From an uncultured archaeon (GTDB lineage: Archaea > Asgardarchaeota > Heimdallarchaeia > Heimdallarchaeales > Heimdallarchaeaceae), in NCBI GenBank assembly GCA_964534625.1, contig CAZHRF010000029.1, positions 1 to 41,333 of the forward strand: a stretch of DNA of 41,333 nt. Direction: 5' to 3'. Every line of letters starts with the position of its first letter. Within the stretch, counting starts at the first letter, position 1. The notes below the pieces were generated by a model. The model made no database searches, was not told where the DNA came from, and was given only the letters and a program-made list of their open reading frames with translations. The position numbers were made by a program, and so were the translations under genes. Shown here one piece after another: positions 36,758-41,333 of this stretch.

Positions 36758-37738
36758 TCATTTATAAGGGGGATACATACCTGTTTCAATTAAGCTAGAA
36801 GCTAAACAAATTCCCTTTTGTAAGGATTCCTCAATTGAGAACGAGAGAAGGTAGGAAGAAATAAAACCAGCATTAAAACAATCACCAGCCCCAACAAAAG
36901 AGACTTTTTTCTTTAATTGGTGAGTAGGCACAGTGAACTTTTTATCAGCATAATACGACACTTCTTTGGATGTATGATATATAATAGGAATTTGGTATAA
37001 TTCATAAAATTCAGCAATATTACAATTATTAAAACCAAGTAAAGTTTTTAATTCAAATTCATTAACAGAAAGAAAGCGATCTCCTTTTAAGCGAGATAAT
37101 TTTAAAAGAAATTGAAGAAACTCACCTAATCTTGTAAAACTAGTAATATCACAAGGGTCGATGAATATAATGCCTTCATATTTATAATCAGCTATCAAAT
37201 CTAATTTTTTCTTGAAATTTATTTTAGTATCATAAATTACCGAATTAGAAGGGAAAATGATCCCCAAAAGCAATGCACTAAACCATTCTATTGAATACGC
37301 ATTTAAAGCGATGTTTGATATGGGTTTAAGCATACTTGTAGCATATTTTGATATGATTTCTTTATCAAGTATTTCGGGTTTTAAAGGGCATTTTAAGGAG
37401 TTAAATTGTATTTCACCTTGGTGCATGTTCAATATGGCAGTATAGTTTACAGATGCATCTTTGATTGGATAAATTTTTACTTGACTACAATTTTTCTTTA
37501 CCAGTAACTCAAAAAGTGGGGATGATGGACCAACGAATCCGATATCATGACCCAATCCAGATAATGCTCTAACGACATTAAAACCATTACCTCCCGGTAT
37601 TAATTCGATTTCCGTATTTGTATGATGTGCACCAAATTCAGGTAGTTTTTCAATGAGTTTTGTTGTGTTAGTTACCGGTTTGATGTTTATATCAATAAAA
37701 CTGTTATCAAAACCACCATATAGCATTTTCAATCCCAC
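36758..37738 (-). CDS. PfkB/ribokinase-family carbohydrate kinase
   Basis: PGGNGFNV..ALSGLG, SVNEFE, VGAGDCFNAGF. Confidence 0.88.
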   Translation of the reverse strand: MGLKMLYGGFDNSFIDINIKPVTNTTKLIEKLPEFGAHHTNTEIELIPGGNGFNVVRALSGLGHDIGFVGPSSPLFELLVKKNCSQVKIYPIKDASVNYTAILNMHQGEIQFNSLKCPLKPEILDKEIISKYATSMLKPISNIALNAYSIEWFSALLLGIIFPSNSVIYDTKINFKKKLDLIADYKYEGIIFIDPCDITSFTRLGEFLQFLLKLSRLKGDRFLSVNEFELKTLLGFNNCNIAEFYELYQIPIIYHTSKEVSYYADKKFTVPTHQLKKKVSFVGAGDCFNAGFISSYLLSFSIEESLQKGICLASSLIETGMYPPYK

Positions 37739-37744
37739 TATTAA

Positions 37745-39766
37745 TTACATTTTATCTAGTTTTTCTAGACCCATTGCATCGAAAAGGCTTTCCATGCACT
37801 TTACATAAGAATGAACTAATACCAATCTGAAAATCTTTTGTCCTTCTGTCTCAGCACCTATTACATGGCAAGTCTCATAAAATTTATTAAACGCTTGACA
37901 TAGTTCAAAAGCATAATTAGCGACAACGTCTGGTCTTAAATTTTCAACTGCACGTTTATACACAAATGGTAATCGCTCAATTAATTTAATAAGTATCCAT
38001 TCATTTTCTTCTTCCACAATAATTTTTTCATTATCAAAAGTCTTTATTATATCATTTATAAATTCCGATGCTTTTTTGAGAATATTCTTTGCTCTGGTAT
38101 ATGCATATTGTAAAAACGGTCCAGAGTTCGCATTGAGATCCGTTGCTTTCTTAACATCAAATACCACATTTTTCTGGGGATCCATATTTAAAATTGAATA
38201 TTTTACACTCGAACTTGCAATAGCTCTTACTATTTCTTCTCTTTCATTATCATTAAAGTCTCGATCTTGTATAATTTTAAACGCTTCTTCACTTGTTAAA
38301 TCATATACCTCATCGGGTGTCACATATTCTAATTCTCTTCCTGCCATTTTTCTTCCTATTAATGTAACGTATTCATAATCAAAATGAACAATTTTATCAG
38401 CTAATTCTTTTTTATTCAGTGCATACAAAGCTATCCGTACAATCAATTGAGGGAATTGTTGCTGTTTTCCTATTACATTATAACATTTGGTAGGAGCAAA
38501 ATCATCAAATTTGTGTAAATGATAAGCAATGTCTCTACAAGGATAAAGAGGTACGCCCTTTGAATTAACAAGAATGGCTTCAGGTATTTCATGTGTAATA
38601 AGATATTTTTCCTTAAATCTAAGAGAAGATGCAACTTCATCAGATTTTAGTAATCGAGCTTTACCATCATGGCGCAACCATCCCTTCTCTTCTAGCGTTT
38701 GTAGAATTGTGCTAACTTCACCCATCCAAGCTATATCAGATTCTCTATCAAAATCATCATGATGGATATTAAAAAGTTTTAATGTCGTAATGTGACCAGA
38801 TAATGCTTCAGTCGTTACTTCTCTAAATTTGGCTATTATATCTTTGTCAGAACCTTTTAAATAAGCTTGAACATAGTTCTCTGTTTTCTTGTATAAATCC
38901 TTAACTTCAGAGAGTATCAACTTTTGCAAGGTTTGATAAATATCAGGTATCTTCTCTAATAAAGAATTTTGGACTTGATAGTTTTTTTCTAATCTTTCCA
39001 GAAGTCGTGTTAAATCTTCCTCTCCTGTATTTTCAGCTAATAATTCAACGTAAGAAGAATATTCTTGATTTTCCAAATAATATACGTTTGAAGCAATAAT
39101 CTTTTGTTCCTTAAAATGGGACAATAAATCTTTTTTTAATATTTGAATTTCTAACATAGTATTCATTGAAGCGTAAATCTGTCCAATCCAGAAATCAATT
39201 TTAACATCAGGTTTGATATCATGATTTTTTAGTAGAAAGTATCCTATAACAACAGGAGCTATCTGTTTTCCTAAATCATTAATGTAATACCTTACATTTA
39301 CTTTAGCTCCCAATAATCTGTATATTCGTCCTAAAACATCACCAATAACGGACCCTCTAAAGTTACCTATATGCAAAGGATTATTCGGGTTACTTGAAGT
39401 ATGTTCGATCATGATTTTTTCTTCAGATTTAAGGCTGAGATTTGTATAATGATCATCTAAAACAGTTTTAATAACATTAGAAGAAAAATGCTTTTTATTA
39501 AAGAATAAATTCAAAAAACCTCTTTCTACACTAGCTTTTTCTACTAAATGATTATCTTTTATCCGCGATTTTAAAGTCGCACCTAGTTTTTGTGGATTCA
39601 TTTGCAACTTTTTAGCTAGAGCAAATAATGGGAAACTTAAATCACCAAAAGAAGAACTTGGGGGACGAGACCAAATCATTTCCTCTTTAATATCGTATAA
39701 TTCTTTTACATAGTCTTCGAGTACGGTCTTAATTTGATCATAAGGACGATGAAACATGATAATCAT
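37745..39766 (-). CDS. argS: Arginine--tRNA ligase
   Basis: FGDLSFP, EHTSSNPNNPLHIGN, YYINDLGKQ, RDIAYH, KMAGRE, NSGPFLQYAYTRA. Confidence 0.96.
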   Translation of the reverse strand: MIIMFHRPYDQIKTVLEDYVKELYDIKEEMIWSRPPSSSFGDLSFPLFALAKKLQMNPQKLGATLKSRIKDNHLVEKASVERGFLNLFFNKKHFSSNVIKTVLDDHYTNLSLKSEEKIMIEHTSSNPNNPLHIGNFRGSVIGDVLGRIYRLLGAKVNVRYYINDLGKQIAPVVIGYFLLKNHDIKPDVKIDFWIGQIYASMNTMLEIQILKKDLLSHFKEQKIIASNVYYLENQEYSSYVELLAENTGEEDLTRLLERLEKNYQVQNSLLEKIPDIYQTLQKLILSEVKDLYKKTENYVQAYLKGSDKDIIAKFREVTTEALSGHITTLKLFNIHHDDFDRESDIAWMGEVSTILQTLEEKGWLRHDGKARLLKSDEVASSLRFKEKYLITHEIPEAILVNSKGVPLYPCRDIAYHLHKFDDFAPTKCYNVIGKQQQFPQLIVRIALYALNKKELADKIVHFDYEYVTLIGRKMAGRELEYVTPDEVYDLTSEEAFKIIQDRDFNDNEREEIVRAIASSSVKYSILNMDPQKNVVFDVKKATDLNANSGPFLQYAYTRAKNILKKASEFINDIIKTFDNEKIIVEEENEWILIKLIERLPFVYKRAVENLRPDVVANYAFELCQAFNKFYETCHVIGAETEGQKIFRLVLVHSYVKCMESLFDAMGLEKLDKM

Positions 39767-39873
39767 TCCTAATTAGATACTATTAGATTTAGTAAATTTG
39801 TTCTTAACTCTACTTAAATATTACTTTCTAAACTTTCTCATCATTATTTACTTTTTAGTTTTACTATAAGAAG

Positions 39874-39979
39874 AGTACTTCCGAATTAAGGTAAAAACCA
39901 ACGTTTCTATAAATTTAGATGCATCTTTGTCTATTTGAATACTGAAATTATAATAATTAAACACTATTTCGGAAGTACT
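39874..39979. repeat. 12-bp perfect inverted repeat around an 82-nt AT-rich spacer
   Basis: agtacttccgaa (39874-39885) / ttcggaagtact (39968-39979), between divergent argS and trxA. Confidence 0.55.
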
Positions 39980-40110
39980 AAAGAAATACTGTTTTATTCT
40001 AAGTACTTTTAAACCATGTATTACCAATTTAGTGATAAAGCAAGCCATATATACCACATACTATATTGTGATAGTAACTTGTAAAACTAGTATTAACAGC
40101 GGAGATTGAA

Positions 40111-40440
40111 ATGCAAAAAGTAGAAAATGTTACTGCAAAACAGTTAGAAGAGATTATTGCATCAGACACGAGACCTGTAATAATTGATGCATGGGCCCCA
40201 TGGTGTGGTCCTTGTAAAAGCATTGAACCTTATTTTAAGCAACTAAATGAAGAATTTGGAAATCAAATGAGATTTGTTAAAGTAAATGTTGAGGATGACC
40301 CCACAATAGCTCAAAAGTATATGATTACTAGCTTACCTACTTTCGTTATAATTAAGAATGGTGAGCCATATAGTAATTTAATAGGAGCAAATAGGAAAAA
40401 GTTGAAACAATTAATAGAAGACACATTAGACGAAAATTAA
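40111..40440 (+). CDS. trxA: Thioredoxin
   Basis: IDAWAPWCGPCK, FVKVNVE, SLPTF. Confidence 0.95.
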   Translation: MQKVENVTAKQLEEIIASDTRPVIIDAWAPWCGPCKSIEPYFKQLNEEFGNQMRFVKVNVEDDPTIAQKYMITSLPTFVIIKNGEPYSNLIGANRKKLKQLIEDTLDEN

Positions 40441-40490
40441 AGAGACAAAGTTAATATGTCGATATCCCATTTGTACTTGGGGATCAAATC

Positions 40491-41123
40491 ATGGGATCAC
40501 CTAAAGGAATAGAAATACAATTTCCCTCTGAGATATATAAATACCTAGTTCGCAAGACCAATTCCGCATTAAGAGAAAGATTTATTGATGTTTCATTTCC
40601 TTTTTTAAAAATTCGTTTTTTGGAAATAAACAGAAAAGGGAGATGGGATATAGTTGACTGGCTATATAGCGAGATAAGCAAAAGGTTAGTCAAAATTGTT
40701 CAAAAATATGAATTAGAAGTGGAAAAAGATTTTAGGCGAAAAACCATCAGAAGCGACTATAAAGTAGAAAAAAGTTTTCGAGAGATTCACATTATTGGGT
40801 ATTACAAAATTCCACCAAGATCAATCTCACATATTCTTTCTATTTGTATTTGGACTTATGTTATTTTCACTTTTAATGTCAAACCGCCAGAAAATGAAGA
40901 AACCAAGAAAATGGCAGACAAATATGAAGAAGAAGCAGAAAGATATATTAAATATCTTAACAGCAAACCAAGAGAAAAAGTTTCGCTTAATATTCCCAGA
41001 AAGTGTATTATCAGTTGTGGTGAGGAAGCTTTTTCATACAACAAATGGTATTATCAAAAAGATGGGACAAGTAAAACGATTTACACACCCATTTGTAAAA
41101 AACATAAAGATTACTTGGTTTAA
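40491..41123 (+). CDS. Hypothetical protein with a possible C-terminal Zn-binding motif
   Basis: 210-aa ORF ending CIISC...ICKKH. Confidence 0.7.
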   Translation: MGSPKGIEIQFPSEIYKYLVRKTNSALRERFIDVSFPFLKIRFLEINRKGRWDIVDWLYSEISKRLVKIVQKYELEVEKDFRRKTIRSDYKVEKSFREIHIIGYYKIPPRSISHILSICIWTYVIFTFNVKPPENEETKKMADKYEEEAERYIKYLNSKPREKVSLNIPRKCIISCGEEAFSYNKWYYQKDGTSKTIYTPICKKHKDYLV

Positions 41124-41177
41124 ATGATGATTGTAAGAAAACAAATTTTTATAATCAACTTGAACAGACAGATAACA

Positions 41178-41333
41178 ATGAGCAATGAAAAATATGCTGA
41201 AAAAAAGATTCAATTAATTCAAATCTTAAAAAAAATTAACAAAGAATGTGACCTTGGTGCTGTTGCAGTTGTAACATTTGAAGGTCGTGAAGTGGCTTTT
41301 TTCGCGGATAAAGGCACCGATCACAGTATCATG
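41178..41333 (+). CDS. Roadblock/LC7-domain protein, 5' part (truncated by the window end)
   Basis: MSNEKYAEKKIQLIQILKKINKECDLGAVAVVTFEGREVAFFADKGTDHSIM: helix, beta strand, (D/E)G turn and strand typical of Roadblock. Confidence 0.75.
   Translation, partial: MSNEKYAEKKIQLIQILKKINKECDLGAVAVVTFEGREVAFFADKGTDHSIM

Noticed and set aside
1117-38762. Many short antisense or overlapping ORFs in the track (e.g. 7332-7844, 10279-10710, 33947-34561, 35889-36218)
   Set aside because: Shadow frames of well-supported genes, with no motifs of their own.
39848-40223. ORFs 39848-40057 and 40029-40223
   Set aside because: Low-complexity intergenic frame or antisense to trxA; no coding signal.
40795-41127. 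110-aa alternative-frame ORF with a hydrophobic N-terminus
   Set aside because: Nested in the longer 40491-41123 ORF, with a TTG start and no independent support.
1-41333. CRISPR array, tRNA or rRNA genes
   Set aside because: No regularly spaced 25-40 bp repeats, cloverleaf or rRNA-like GC-rich segments were seen.

Overview
AT-rich (about 30% GC by eye) archaeal chromosomal segment, most consistent with an Asgard archaeon of the Heimdallarchaeia type. Supporting signs: PAC2 chaperone, KEOPS Cgi121, AMP phosphorylase, archaeal ArgRS, a 24-residue LRR protein, a Roadblock/LC7 protein and several surface proteins with a C-terminal TM plus basic tail. Most of the window is housekeeping, metabolic and transport genes (pgk, galT, GH57 alpha-galactosidase, argS, trxA, ABC components). 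The main candidate system is a tightly coupled four-gene operon (26017->21152, minus strand). It encodes an SMC5/6-type ATPase, a probable Nse4-like kleisin, an Nse1-like tandem winged-helix (KITE) protein, and an overlapping free-standing RING/PHD-like Zn finger. Together these look like an archaeal proto-SMC5/6 complex with a split Nse1. Other highlights: a 182-bp IS200/IS605 miniature with IS608-like end geometry that retains a TnpB omega-RNA scaffold; an unassigned ~230-nt structured RNA with its own BRE-TATA; an ABC permease with an inserted 7-repeat LVIVD beta-propeller; a circularly permuted family-5 solute-binding protein; a VTE5-VTE6-type kinase fusion; a thioredoxin-DICT fusion; and two small Cys-rich ORFs missed by the ORF track. 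All calls are by-eye motif recognition; no database searches were run.
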